DNA of 57,922 bases from Candidatus Hermodarchaeota archaeon (GCA_016839365.1 JAEOUH010000008.1:1-57922), one strand, 5' to 3'; counted from the stretch's first letter, positions 39,883 through 50,255 are shown. Translations and numbers: made by a program. Notes: generated from the letters alone by a model not told the origin.

Positions 39883-40830
39883 ATGAATGCCGAGGTAGCT
39901 ATAGAAGCGAGCCAAAAAGAAATGGAACTAACTGAAACTAGTGTACGGTTAAGTTGGCGTGAACGTCTTTATTACATCACACTTCCCATTCTCTCAATGG
40001 TTTTTTCCATTTTCATCACTTATCTAGTTATACTGGCAAATCCTCTTCTGGAACCCGGCATCTTCCCCCCCATAACGAATGTGTTTGAAACCCTGCTAAT
40101 TCTGTTCGTCATTGGCTTCGCGGGTGGTTTAGCGACTTTTATTACATTCATTATATTTCAACGGGGGAGCGAACGGATTCATCGAATCCTTATTGCTGCC
40201 TTTGTTTCTCCCCTCTTTTTCATCCTCACGGTCTTTTTCGGCCAGGCGATTTTTCTATTACTCCTCTTTCAGGGACTAAATTTCCTGCATTTATCGTTGC
40301 TTGCTCTTGCATCAATCATGTTTTCAGCTTTCTCAATCGTTTTCATCTTTACAGACGCTATCGGAGGAGTGGCACGAAATATTTTGTTTGCAGGATATGG
40401 AATCATTCTTGGAGTATTTTTAGCTGTAAATTTTACATGGATAATCTCTCTAGCAATCCTTCTGATTCTTGCTGTGCAGGATACGTTTTTTGCCATTCGC
40501 CTTGGACCCACAATGATTGAGGCCGATCGAAAACAACATGCTCGAACAGCCTTTACCTTCGTAATCGGTCCTTTAGTGATGGGTGTGGGGGATCTCATTG
40601 TTTATGCAGCACTTGTCGCCTATGCTTTTCGATATCTGGGCTGGTTCTTTTCAGGTTGGACTTTTCTTGCTATCGCCATTGGATGTCTCATAAACACTCA
40701 AATCGTTGCGCACTTTCCCAATAAAGCAATCCCTGGATTACCAATTCCAATGATTTGTGCACTTGTTCCCATCGGAGTTGGATTATTGATGGTGGTCTTC
40801 TTAGGAATTCCTATTCCATTCATGTTCTAA
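39883..40830 (+). CDS. Presenilin/signal-peptide-peptidase-like GxGD intramembrane aspartyl protease
   Basis: About 9 TM helices; LAVQD (YD-equivalent), MGVGDL (GxGD), IPGLP (PAL-equivalent). Confidence 0.8.
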   Translation: MNAEVAIEASQKEMELTETSVRLSWRERLYYITLPILSMVFSIFITYLVILANPLLEPGIFPPITNVFETLLILFVIGFAGGLATFITFIIFQRGSERIHRILIAAFVSPLFFILTVFFGQAIFLLLLFQGLNFLHLSLLALASIMFSAFSIVFIFTDAIGGVARNILFAGYGIILGVFLAVNFTWIISLAILLILAVQDTFFAIRLGPTMIEADRKQHARTAFTFVIGPLVMGVGDLIVYAALVAYAFRYLGWFFSGWTFLAIAIGCLINTQIVAHFPNKAIPGLPIPMICALVPIGVGLLMVVFLGIPIPFMF

Positions 40831-40934
40831 GAATGCACTCATTTTCCAACAATTTAGTAAAACATCTAAATTCTGAAACGAAACCTTTATGCATCTTTTT
40901 AGTAAGTACAGCTTAGGGAACAACCTGGGAAAGG

Positions 40935-41540
40935 GTGACCGTGTCAGAGAAGCTGGCTCCCACTGATATCCATGAACGATTCAAAGATAGGCCCACAGAT
41001 TTCGGCATAAAGGTAGTCATGATGGGCGACGGAGCCGTAGGTAAAACTTCGTTGGTTCTCCGCTACACTCAAAACACATTCTCACCTGAATACAAACAAT
41101 CCCTTGGCGCCAGTTTCGCTGTTCAAGATCTGGAAATAAAGCAACAAAAAGTAAAGCTCGTGATTTGGGATGTCGCTGGACAACCTTCTTTTCGGCAAGT
41201 CCGCCGACATTATTACAGCGGCGCCCATGGGGCGCTACTTGTTTTCGATGTGTCAGAACCTAGTTCCTTTATGACCTTATGGAATTGGTATAATGATTTT
41301 CGGCGCATTGTTCCCCAAGGAGCGGTTATTCTTATCGGAAATAAAGTGGATCTCACGGAAAAACGAATGGTCCCCTCTGAAGCAGCGCATATGTTGCAAC
41401 GATGGTGGAACATCCCTTATATAGAAACTTCAGCAGCAACCGCCATCGGAGTTACTAATGCTTTTCTCAGACTGGCTAACCAAGCCTTAGATCGCGCCTT
41501 CGCCCAAAGGCAAATGCGGAACAATTCAGAAGCCCCTTAA
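40935..41540 (+). CDS. Rab-like small GTPase
   Basis: GDGAVGKT, WDVAGQ, YYSGA, GNKVD, ETSA. Confidence 0.93.
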   Translation: MTVSEKLAPTDIHERFKDRPTDFGIKVVMMGDGAVGKTSLVLRYTQNTFSPEYKQSLGASFAVQDLEIKQQKVKLVIWDVAGQPSFRQVRRHYYSGAHGALLVFDVSEPSSFMTLWNWYNDFRRIVPQGAVILIGNKVDLTEKRMVPSEAAHMLQRWWNIPYIETSAATAIGVTNAFLRLANQALDRAFAQRQMRNNSEAP

Positions 41541-42022
41541 GAATGGCTCTTGGTTTTTTCCGGGTCGAGTGGTGTTGTGTTGACCAGAAGTGTCAATCCG
41601 TTGATTCCATGAACCCAAATTCGGGTGTTTTTAGTAATTACTTCTGAAGATTGGGCTTTCCAGGTCTCACCTCGGACAATGACTTTTCCTATCCAGCGTT
41701 CATTTGTTCCAGTCTGAAACTCTGTGATCGCTGTTCCCTGCTGACCAATCAAAGGATCATAAACTGGAATACTCGAAGATGACCAATATGAATAGATCTT
41801 CACTAAGGTGAACAAGACCAGACCAATTCCTACAATAATCATCCCTGGGATTAGAAAAGAAGGGAGAAAGACCAGAAGTAGCACAAAAGCAATGAGTGCA
41901 ATAATTGCCTCTTCGAGGATGTTGAAAAGAATAAATCCGAATAGCCGTCTCCGCGAAGTTTGCTTATTACTCATTGTTGGTATTCTCACAATCTTTTTTA
42001 TAACAACCTTAGCATTTCGCAA
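41537..42022 (-). CDS. NfeD family protein (short form)
   Basis: TM helices followed by the OB domain LIGQQGTA..GKVIVRGETWKA..GLTLLV. Confidence 0.85.
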   Translation of the reverse strand: MRNAKVVIKKIVRIPTMSNKQTSRRRLFGFILFNILEEAIIALIAFVLLLVFLPSFLIPGMIIVGIGLVLFTLVKIYSYWSSSSIPVYDPLIGQQGTAITEFQTGTNERWIGKVIVRGETWKAQSSEVITKNTRIWVHGINGLTLLVNTTPLDPEKTKSHS

Positions 42023-42109
42023 AAATAATACTACCGATGGAAAATGCTGAGTTATCGGTAGGCTTTTACCGAATCCGTTACTGCAGATACATCTGGAGGT
42101 CAGCAGGTC

Positions 42110-43327
42110 ATGGAAGAAGAACTTGCATATGAACTCAATCTATTACGTAAATTAGTCGAAATCAATACCACAGTGACTAATGAAAGTCGCATGGGATATG
42201 CGGAATGCTCCGAGATGATCCGTCTTACAGCCCAACTATTAGGATTAGGGACTGAAGTATTAGACGGACGTAATATGACGGTTGATGGTGAATCACGACC
42301 TAATGTTGTGGTTTCTCTTGATGGAACCTCGGATGTTGATTTGCTCCTTGTCACCCATCTGGATGTAGTGCCAGCTGATGAGTCAGAATGGATGACGCCT
42401 CCCTTCCGCCTGCGAGTTACAAGTGACCGTGCTTTCGGACGAGGAGCTGCAGATAATAAATCCAACATCGTTGCAGCCTTAAGTGCCATGGGAGAACTGG
42501 CCAAGGGGGAGCCTGAAGTTAATATCAAATTACTTGTTACCGTTGATGAGGAAATTGGAGGTCGGGCAGGTATTGGTTACCTATTTGATGATATTGGTAT
42601 TAATGGTCATGCAGGGGTTGTAATAGACAGTGCTCCCAACTATATTAGTATTGGAGCCAGCGGGGCTTTATGGGGTCGTTTCATCGTTAAAGGCGCTGGA
42701 GGTCACAGTGGGTACCCCGAACAAGCAGATAACGCTATTTACCGGGCAACATCATTCGTTGAAAAACTCAAACGCTATCACGCTAAAGTCTCTAAGATTC
42801 GGAGTAAATTCAATGCACCCCCGGAAGCACCTTATCCTAAAGTACATGGACGGTTCACAATCACCATGATGCATGCAGGTGAAAAGGAAAACGTTATTCC
42901 GGGTGAATGCGAAATTCGATTTGACCGTCGCTTGACTCCGGAAGAGAATGCTAAACAGGCAGAACAGGATTTGCACGCCTATATTACTGGCCTTGCGGCT
43001 AAGGAGAAAACCATTATTGACGATTTTAAGATTCACAATAAGGTGGATGGATATTTCACGGATACAGGTCATCCCTTCGTCAAACACTTCTCGTCCATTG
43101 CCAACAAAGTCGTGGGTGAATCGTTACCGATTGCAGCAGATCTGGGAGGAAACGATGGAGCCCACCTTGCCCAGGCAGGCGTCCCTGTCGTATCTTTCGG
43201 GACCATTCGCCACGACACAAATTACCACGCACACAATGAATTTGTCTACTTGAAAGACATGCAAGTCGTTCGGGACGTACTTATTGCTCTGGGTAAGAGT
43301 TCCGCAAATATATTCAATTCTCACTAA
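42110..43327 (+). CDS. M20 family metallopeptidase (ArgE/DapE-like)
   Basis: HLDVVP, GRGAADNK, DEEIGG, GHSG, NVIPG, HAHNE. Confidence 0.93.
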   Translation: MEEELAYELNLLRKLVEINTTVTNESRMGYAECSEMIRLTAQLLGLGTEVLDGRNMTVDGESRPNVVVSLDGTSDVDLLLVTHLDVVPADESEWMTPPFRLRVTSDRAFGRGAADNKSNIVAALSAMGELAKGEPEVNIKLLVTVDEEIGGRAGIGYLFDDIGINGHAGVVIDSAPNYISIGASGALWGRFIVKGAGGHSGYPEQADNAIYRATSFVEKLKRYHAKVSKIRSKFNAPPEAPYPKVHGRFTITMMHAGEKENVIPGECEIRFDRRLTPEENAKQAEQDLHAYITGLAAKEKTIIDDFKIHNKVDGYFTDTGHPFVKHFSSIANKVVGESLPIAADLGGNDGAHLAQAGVPVVSFGTIRHDTNYHAHNEFVYLKDMQVVRDVLIALGKSSANIFNSH

Positions 43328-43562
43328 GACTCCCCCTCATGTTTAAAAGGCGGATTACTTCCTCCCATCATCATACATACAAACATCCACGCTTCATAAT
43401 ATGGCGCCAGCACTTCTAAGTGTGGCAAGTGAAGGGCTCTAGCGGCTTTAGACAGTTCGGAGAAGCATTCTAGCCTTAACACAAAGATTTAAGGTCACTT
43501 CTCCCTTGTCATCACGTTTAACGGTTTTAGTCGGCGCTAAACACCAAGCGGGGTAATAACTG

Positions 43563-45446
43563 ATGGGAAAATCTACACCTCAAGCCAAACCAACTAAAAC
43601 GCTAGAAAAGAATAGTGTAATTCGTCGTGGCGAAGTTGCCGAATTCTTTCGCAAACGCACACAACTTGTCGGCTTCTCCATGGAAATGCATAAGTTCACC
43701 CAATATTGTGCAGAGTTCAGCGACAATGCCCTCGATGCCATCGAAACCCATTACTGGAAACGAACTCCAAAGTCCAAAAGACAATATGCAGTACCAGTCG
43801 TTCTTCCAGAACCACCTGAAGCCGTGACTTATTCAGAAGTGCCACAATCATTGAAGACTACCCAACGACACAACTCAACCAATTTAATTTCCGATCGCAT
43901 CAGACTGCTAGTTAATCCAATTCGAAGTATCATCAACATTGAACCTGTCTTGTTAATGATTATGCAAGAACTTGAGAAACCGGAGATCCTACCCTCAGAT
44001 GTGGCCGGTCGAAATCTACACATGTTTAGTTTTGAAGCAATCGACACAGGTATTGGGATGACAATACGTGACCTCCAGGAGTACGGTCTCTACCTAGCGA
44101 GCAGCAAGAGCATCAAATTACGTCAAACACGTGGCAGCCAGGGATTTGGAGCATCTAGTGCTTTTAGCGATGCGCAGAACACAACTGGTCGACCGATTGT
44201 TGTGGCTTCCCGCCACTCCGCTGAACGCCAAGGCTATGCCTCTATATTCTTTACAACTAGTAAAAACAAGAAAGACTATCTCCTAAAAGAAACTGAGACG
44301 CCCATTTCCTTTAGTCATGGGACCTACATTCAGCTGTCCTTTCTCAATCTTCCCTACCGCCGCGGATACGCTGACGAATATGTTCGTCAAACTTCCTATC
44401 TTAACGCCCACGTCAATATTATTTTCATTGATCCCTATGGTGATGTGTACATTTATCCACGGCGTGTACACGAATTTGTACGAGAACCTGGCTATGCTAT
44501 GCCCCATCCTTCATCCACAAGTATTGGAGATTTTCAAGATCTCATTCGGAATAGCACTCATACTTCGCTTACGGACTTTCTCTCGCGGAGTTACTGCCGA
44601 TTGAGCCGTCGTAAAGCCCAACAAATCCTTACCAAAGCGGCAAAACGGATTCAAAGTGATCCGATTACATCTCGATTATCACCCAAACAGCTCTCTCAGG
44701 CCCAGATTAAAGCATTATACGCGAGTTTCATATCCGAGAAATATTATGCCCCACCGACAGAAACGGTGGTTCCAGTGGGAGAAGAAGTCATCCAAAGAAC
44801 CTTGCAAGAAATCTTCGATGCTGAGTTTGTAGAAGCAGTCAGTCGTCCACCCACAAGTAGCAAAGGATTAGCTTTTGCTGTTGAAGTTGCCGCCGTCTAT
44901 GATTCCAACCTTTCCAATCAGTCCGGTGTTGGAGTTTTGTATCGGTTTGTCAACCGCACGCCCAAACTCCGTGATAACTCCGATTGCGCCATTTGGAAGG
45001 CTGCATCTTCAGTGAATTGGCGTAATTATAGAATGGATGTAGCAAGTAATGGTCTGCCCACAGGATCCGTAAGGCTTTTCGCCAATGTGGTTGGTCCCTT
45101 CGTCCATCTAATTTTCAAGGCTCAATCCAAGCAAGCCCTCGCTGAGGATGATATTTTATTGCGAGAACTGAAGCTTGGATTTGAAGAGGTGGGGCGGAAG
45201 CTTCGTCGACATATTGTTCGTGTCATCGCACGACGGGAACAAGAACGACGTGCTGACGTTTTGCTCCGCTATTCCCGCATGGTTGCTCAGTCCATTGTAA
45301 ATATCCAGCGCACGGATTCGAAGATGCCCAGGAAGCAACTTGAAGCTCTTCCAGACCAACTGGAACAAGTGATATCCCGGGTTGTTGGAATTGAATCGCC
45401 TTTACCAACAAAAATGCAAGAATCAGAAGAGGTGGTGGTTGAATGA
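43563..45446 (+). CDS. top6B: DNA topoisomerase VI subunit B
   Basis: AEFFRK, EFSDNALDA (GHKL), DTGIGM, QTRGSQGFG, PHP, RFVNRTP. Confidence 0.9.
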   Translation: MGKSTPQAKPTKTLEKNSVIRRGEVAEFFRKRTQLVGFSMEMHKFTQYCAEFSDNALDAIETHYWKRTPKSKRQYAVPVVLPEPPEAVTYSEVPQSLKTTQRHNSTNLISDRIRLLVNPIRSIINIEPVLLMIMQELEKPEILPSDVAGRNLHMFSFEAIDTGIGMTIRDLQEYGLYLASSKSIKLRQTRGSQGFGASSAFSDAQNTTGRPIVVASRHSAERQGYASIFFTTSKNKKDYLLKETETPISFSHGTYIQLSFLNLPYRRGYADEYVRQTSYLNAHVNIIFIDPYGDVYIYPRRVHEFVREPGYAMPHPSSTSIGDFQDLIRNSTHTSLTDFLSRSYCRLSRRKAQQILTKAAKRIQSDPITSRLSPKQLSQAQIKALYASFISEKYYAPPTETVVPVGEEVIQRTLQEIFDAEFVEAVSRPPTSSKGLAFAVEVAAVYDSNLSNQSGVGVLYRFVNRTPKLRDNSDCAIWKAASSVNWRNYRMDVASNGLPTGSVRLFANVVGPFVHLIFKAQSKQALAEDDILLRELKLGFEEVGRKLRRHIVRVIARREQERRADVLLRYSRMVAQSIVNIQRTDSKMPRKQLEALPDQLEQVISRVVGIESPLPTKMQESEEVVVE

Positions 45447-46678
45447 GTGCACGGAGTCGTCGACGCAATTCGAGTGCTAACACGACCCTTGAGGACCATG
45501 TGACAGGTTCAGATAGTTCTTCCACTGATCAATTTGCTGCAGTGCAAAAGCTCCGTAGCAGTCTGCAGAGTAATCAAGTTAGTTCCAAGTTACCTCGTGG
45601 TGTTAAGCTGGTTACCGAAAAAGACACTGAAAACCTACACACAGAAATCCACTCTCTGATCCGATCGCTAGTGAAAGAAATCGGAAAGGGGAACCCTCCA
45701 TCGCTAGAATTGCCCCTACGTGGAAGTGGAAACATCATTTGGGATGAGGAAAACGATCTCTTGTTACTAGGAGAAAAAACGACGGTCCGGTCGCTTGGTA
45801 GCCTTCGCACTGCGAAAGATGTAACACGTCTCATTAGAGTATTAGAAATCGTACATGAACTCTTAGAGAAGGATATTCACGCAACTAAGCGAGAAATCTT
45901 CTATAACGATGTCAACCTCTTTGAGGAGCAACGGCAAAGTGATACCGCCATTGATGACATTGGTCCCCTCCTTGGAACGAACCGCGAATCCACACACATA
46001 GTCGCTAGTGCGAAGGGAACTGTGTTGGGACGGCTGGTTCTTGAGGATAGTGGTGATCGCATCGATTGTACTCGACTGGGTACTGGTGGTTGGTCAATTA
46101 CCCCATTTCTGGATAGGGTAGAAATCGTTGAATCGGATGCTGAGTTTCTATTGATTGTGGAAAAAGATGCTGCAATGCTTAGGCTAAGTGAAGTCAAATG
46201 GTGGAATAAATATCCCTGCATTCTCTTGACGGCGAAAGGGTCTCCTGATATCGCGAGCCGAATCTTTGCACGTCGCCTATCAAAAGAACTCAAACTCCCT
46301 GCTTTCACTCTGGTAGATGCCGATCCCTTTGGACATTATATTCATAGTGTCTATCTTCGCGGCAGTAAGCGTTTAAGCTATGAGAGTCCTTTCCTTGCAA
46401 CGCCCGACCTGCGATTATTGGGGGTTCTTGGCCGGGATTTGGATCAATATCACATTCCCAAGGAATGCCGACTTCGTATGTCTTCTGAAGATATCAAACG
46501 CGCGAAAGCTATGATGAATGAGCCCTTCGTGGCTCAGAATTCCAAGTGGGTCGCTGATATCCGGCTCATGGTGAAACGGAAAGAGAAAGCTGAAATCCAG
46601 GCGTTAAGCAGTCATGGTTTCGAGTTCCTTGCAGATACCTATCTTCCAACGAAACTAGAAACTGGAGATTGGATATAG
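45443..46678 (+). CDS. top6A: DNA topoisomerase VI subunit A (Spo11 family)
   Basis: TKREIFY catalytic Tyr, IVEKDA, KGSPD, DADPFG, KAEIQAL; ATGA overlap with top6B. Confidence 0.95.
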   Translation: MSARSRRRNSSANTTLEDHVTGSDSSSTDQFAAVQKLRSSLQSNQVSSKLPRGVKLVTEKDTENLHTEIHSLIRSLVKEIGKGNPPSLELPLRGSGNIIWDEENDLLLLGEKTTVRSLGSLRTAKDVTRLIRVLEIVHELLEKDIHATKREIFYNDVNLFEEQRQSDTAIDDIGPLLGTNRESTHIVASAKGTVLGRLVLEDSGDRIDCTRLGTGGWSITPFLDRVEIVESDAEFLLIVEKDAAMLRLSEVKWWNKYPCILLTAKGSPDIASRIFARRLSKELKLPAFTLVDADPFGHYIHSVYLRGSKRLSYESPFLATPDLRLLGVLGRDLDQYHIPKECRLRMSSEDIKRAKAMMNEPFVAQNSKWVADIRLMVKRKEKAEIQALSSHGFEFLADTYLPTKLETGDWI

Positions 46679-46714
46679 AGCCGTGTAGTTTTGAATATCA
46701 CTTCAAGTCTGATT

Positions 46715-48751
46715 CTAGTGAGAGGTGCGAAAAAGTGATTCAAGCAATATTGATGAACACAGCCACTCTTGGCCTACGGTTTTAAATAGCGCTAGTGGCA
46801 ATTCATGAATCTGGGGTAGTTGGTTAGCAGTCAGGAGAGGGATGAATTCGATGGCGTCATAAAAGCTTGTTACGGCTTGCAACGCATTAGTGAAGGGAAC
46901 CAATGCTCCTTGAGGAAGATTAAGGGTTACAAGTAGGGCAGATAGGTTCGGGTTTTTCAAGGGTGTGAGATGCCATGCTTGAAACATTGGTAACAAACGA
47001 ATTCCAGCAATCAATTGAGTACAGGAGTCCTTTGAGGGGCAATGGATCAACGTCATGAGTCCTTCAGGTAGTGGTGGGTTTCCAAAATACAAATACGGTG
47101 TAATTACTTCTGGTATTAGTCGACTGTGATGACTTGTCGCTGTCGTTACAGAAGTTTGGGCTAGTTTTGCAAGCTGCCGTCGGCTGATTCGCATATCGTT
47201 TTCGAGGATTAGGAGAGTACGTAAGGCTTCCCTTGTCAACTTTATTGATGGCGGATTATAGTGGATGGAGGAAACAATGTTGAATTGTGAACCTTCAGGA
47301 CGAAGGCTACTGCTTGCCAGAATTTTCCATTCTTCAGATTGGAATTCTTTCCAATAGGTAAAATTCCATCCTCGATCAAACATGTTAATTTTGAAGAGTT
47401 GAGGTGATAATTCGGCTATTTCCTGCCATTGGCCTAGAAGTCGTTGAAAGTCATAAATCGCTGAATCAGGGAGCGCTAGAATCGCATATAGGATGGGTTT
47501 GTTTAGTGTGTATGGAGTTTCTAACCGCAAACAATAAGGGAATTTTATAAGTTGCTGACCCAAATTGCTTATCTCCGAGATTCCAGTTTGGGTTCCAGTG
47601 GTAGACTGCACGATGAGTAAGAACGATGTGAGCCCGAGTTTTTGGTAGTTAATTTCACCAGGAACTCTAAGATCGAATTGTTCTTGCAGAGTGCTAAGAT
47701 TACGGTTGATGGTTCCTCTGGCAAGTTGAGTTGATTTCGCTAGCATGCGTTCACTTGCCATTGGATTCCTGGCTAGGGCAAGGAGTATCTGATGTTGGGG
47801 GTGGCTAATTACTGATCTTGGGGCTAATTCGTTAAAAAGCTGCTTGGCGATAATTGTTAATGATCCTGTGGGTACTTGAGCTGCAAGGGTATTTATGCGA
47901 TTCAATCGTGTGTAAAGTGATGGGAGTTGCTTATTCTCGATGAGTTTTGGAACGATTGACGCAATTGCTGTCACCCATTGAAACTGCTCGTGGGTTGGGG
48001 TCGTACCGTTCCATTTAATTTGCGACCAAAGCTGCTGTTCTTGTGGGTTGAGTAGCTCTGAAACAAGGGTATTCGCTAGCTCTTGGACATCAAAGGCGTT
48101 TTGAAAGCTGGGTGGCAAAAAAATGCGGACTGCCTCTCGAAGGACTAGGCTTTTCCCGACATCTTGGAGGAAGAGGAATGGGGGATGTATATTGACGATG
48201 TTAGATTCCTGGTGATAACTGGTCCCCCACCAATCACACTCAGAGACAAAAAAAGAATTGAGTTTTGGTGTGGCTGTTGAGATTCGGCGAACCTTGAATA
48301 GGGTACGAAGAACATGCAGCCCCTCCTGGAAGTATTGGGTTAAGGTTCGTAATTGCGCTGGCCAAAATACGGTTGGGTCAAATGCTTCACGAATTAGTCT
48401 CTTTGTTTGGTTTTGTAGCGCATCAGGGAATGGTTTTCTAATGAGGAGATCGGGGTTCTGAAAGAAGTCGAACTCATGTAATAATGAAACGAGTTGAGGA
48501 GTATCTGGATTCATATTTTGAATTGCTCGTGCAATCAGACAGGCACTGAAACGGGCCGTCGCTCTTTGCTGACCCATTGCATCAGGGATTTCAAGGGGTC
48601 TTTTCAGTAACTCTTCGAGGAATCGGGCATCACCTTGAAACGTATCGGGTGCAACTGCTGAAACCCACAGCATTGTGTTACTTGGTTGAATTGATTCCTT
48701 AAACCATGTTAGGAACATCATCTCTGAACTCATAGGGCGCCCACTTGTCAA
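46715..48751 (-). CDS. Large two-HTH regulator, distant paralogue of 6026..7786
   Basis: ILLALARNPMASERMLAKSTQLARGTINRNL, INYQKLGL; second HTH ENDMRISRRQLAKLAQTSVTTA. Confidence 0.65.
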   Translation of the reverse strand: MTSGRPMSSEMMFLTWFKESIQPSNTMLWVSAVAPDTFQGDARFLEELLKRPLEIPDAMGQQRATARFSACLIARAIQNMNPDTPQLVSLLHEFDFFQNPDLLIRKPFPDALQNQTKRLIREAFDPTVFWPAQLRTLTQYFQEGLHVLRTLFKVRRISTATPKLNSFFVSECDWWGTSYHQESNIVNIHPPFLFLQDVGKSLVLREAVRIFLPPSFQNAFDVQELANTLVSELLNPQEQQLWSQIKWNGTTPTHEQFQWVTAIASIVPKLIENKQLPSLYTRLNRINTLAAQVPTGSLTIIAKQLFNELAPRSVISHPQHQILLALARNPMASERMLAKSTQLARGTINRNLSTLQEQFDLRVPGEINYQKLGLTSFLLIVQSTTGTQTGISEISNLGQQLIKFPYCLRLETPYTLNKPILYAILALPDSAIYDFQRLLGQWQEIAELSPQLFKINMFDRGWNFTYWKEFQSEEWKILASSSLRPEGSQFNIVSSIHYNPPSIKLTREALRTLLILENDMRISRRQLAKLAQTSVTTATSHHSRLIPEVITPYLYFGNPPLPEGLMTLIHCPSKDSCTQLIAGIRLLPMFQAWHLTPLKNPNLSALLVTLNLPQGALVPFTNALQAVTSFYDAIEFIPLLTANQLPQIHELPLALFKTVGQEWLCSSILLESLFRTSH

Positions 48752-48791
48752 CTAATCATGCTCATCAATAAGGTAAAAAGGAAAGGGGTAA

Positions 48792-48836
48792 GGGCGACGA
48801 GCTTCCTTGAAGGCTCATCAAGGACGTTCTTCGCCC
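48792..48836. terminator. Long GC-rich hairpin followed on the minus strand by a pyrimidine/U tract
   Basis: GGGCGA..TCCTTGA-N7-TCAAGGA..TCGCCC. Confidence 0.5.
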
Positions 48837-48851
48837 AGGTTGCGTTATATC

Positions 48852-49610
48852 CTAGTCAATATCTACCTCTATTCGTCGAAGTAGATACAGAATCTTGATC
48901 TCTATGGTATTGATGCGAGGGACATTGTCGAGTGTAATGGGCGCCTTGCGTCCAGGAACGGTGAAACTCAACCGGCCTGATCGAAGAAGAAGAAACTCGA
49001 ATACATCTGGAATCTCCTTGTGAACCATCACATTGGAGGTTCCATAACGTTCTACGTCACCCATGATTCCCTTCTTGTAAATGATCTCATTCGGTGTTAT
49101 TTTGAAGTAGTAAATGCGAGTCTTAATCCAGGAGAGGAAGAGGAGGAAGGCAAAGATAAGGAAGAACGTCAAATAGGCCTCAACGCTGATAAAGAGTCGA
49201 AGGGCGGCTGGATTAATACCAGTTAGTGGACCAATACCGTACTGGGTCAATACCAGGACTACTACTAAGACAATAATGACAAGTATTAGTGCAAGTGCAA
49301 CAATTACCGATTTTCCAAATTCAAACGTAACGATTAGTAAGTTGAAAAAGAACAAGACAAACCAAATAAAGCCGATTGTAAAAAGCCAGGTCGTTTGCAG
49401 TATTGGATCTAAAATAAAAAGTGACACTAGCATGGCTGCTATAGCGAGAATCAGTGATATGATAATCATGGGATAAAGGAGAACGGTCTTCGGATATTCG
49501 CGAACAATCACATCTTGGAGTTCTGCTTCAGGTTCTTTTTCTGGTTTTTCTGAAGTCAATGTTGTTTCGGAGCTTTCCAAATATTCTTCAGACATTTTAT
49601 TTCTCACCAC
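48852..49610 (-). CDS. Membrane protein with C-terminal bacterial PH-like domain
   Basis: 4 TM helices followed by YFKITPNEIIYKKGI..GRLSF..LDNVP. Confidence 0.65.
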   Translation of the reverse strand: MVRNKMSEEYLESSETTLTSEKPEKEPEAELQDVIVREYPKTVLLYPMIIISLILAIAAMLVSLFILDPILQTTWLFTIGFIWFVLFFFNLLIVTFEFGKSVIVALALILVIIVLVVVLVLTQYGIGPLTGINPAALRLFISVEAYLTFFLIFAFLLFLSWIKTRIYYFKITPNEIIYKKGIMGDVERYGTSNVMVHKEIPDVFEFLLLRSGRLSFTVPGRKAPITLDNVPRINTIEIKILYLLRRIEVDID

Positions 49611-49668
49611 GAATTGGGCAGAGCAGAGGGGGTTCTTAGCCGCTAATTTGCTGGAACCTACTTAATCT

Positions 49669-50244
49669 TTACTCCGGAATTGAATTTGGCTTCGAATATT
49701 TACTTAGAATTGGCTCAATAATGCCTTGGGTGAGAATGATTGCTATTGCAATCCAGATTCCTGCTTGAACAGCATCAATACTTGCTGCGAAAGCAGCAAT
49801 AATTGGGAGAACTCCAAAGACCAAAACTTCGATTGTGAAGGTGGGCAGGAATCCACCGATAATGATGGCGGAGATTATACATGCTACAATCCATGGTGTT
49901 TGATGAAGTTTATGACGATAAAAGGTAGGGATTCCGGTGCTTATTCCAAGAGCGACGTTTCCTAGAAGGGGAATCAGGATAGGTTCCCACAATGCCCCGC
50001 TTATCCCAACAAAGAGACCACACAAAAGCCCTCCGATTGGTCCTAGCACAATACCGGTAAGAAGGGGGATGAGAAACCCTGGGGTTAGTGTGACGTACGG
50101 TGAGAAAGTAGGAATTGTTAATTGTCGAAGCACTATACCTATGGCAGAGAAAATCGCTAATATGGCAATCCAGAGAGTGGTTGGTAAAGTGCCTTGGTGG
50201 GTGGGTTGGAGTAGTGGGTTAGGGGACGGCAATGGTTTCTTCAC
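49669..50244 (-). CDS. ECF transporter S-component-like membrane protein
   Basis: IAILAIFSAIGIVL..GIVLGPIGGLLCG. Confidence 0.7.
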   Translation of the reverse strand: MKKPLPSPNPLLQPTHQGTLPTTLWIAILAIFSAIGIVLRQLTIPTFSPYVTLTPGFLIPLLTGIVLGPIGGLLCGLFVGISGALWEPILIPLLGNVALGISTGIPTFYRHKLHQTPWIVACIISAIIIGGFLPTFTIEVLVFGVLPIIAAFAASIDAVQAGIWIAIAIILTQGIIEPILSKYSKPNSIPE

Positions 50245-50255
50245 TTTGCCATTGT

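Noticed and set aside
43328-43562. Small hairpin upstream of top6B (GCCAGCACTT-CT-AAGTGTGGC)
   Set aside because: Short and compatible with chance; no recognisable RNA family
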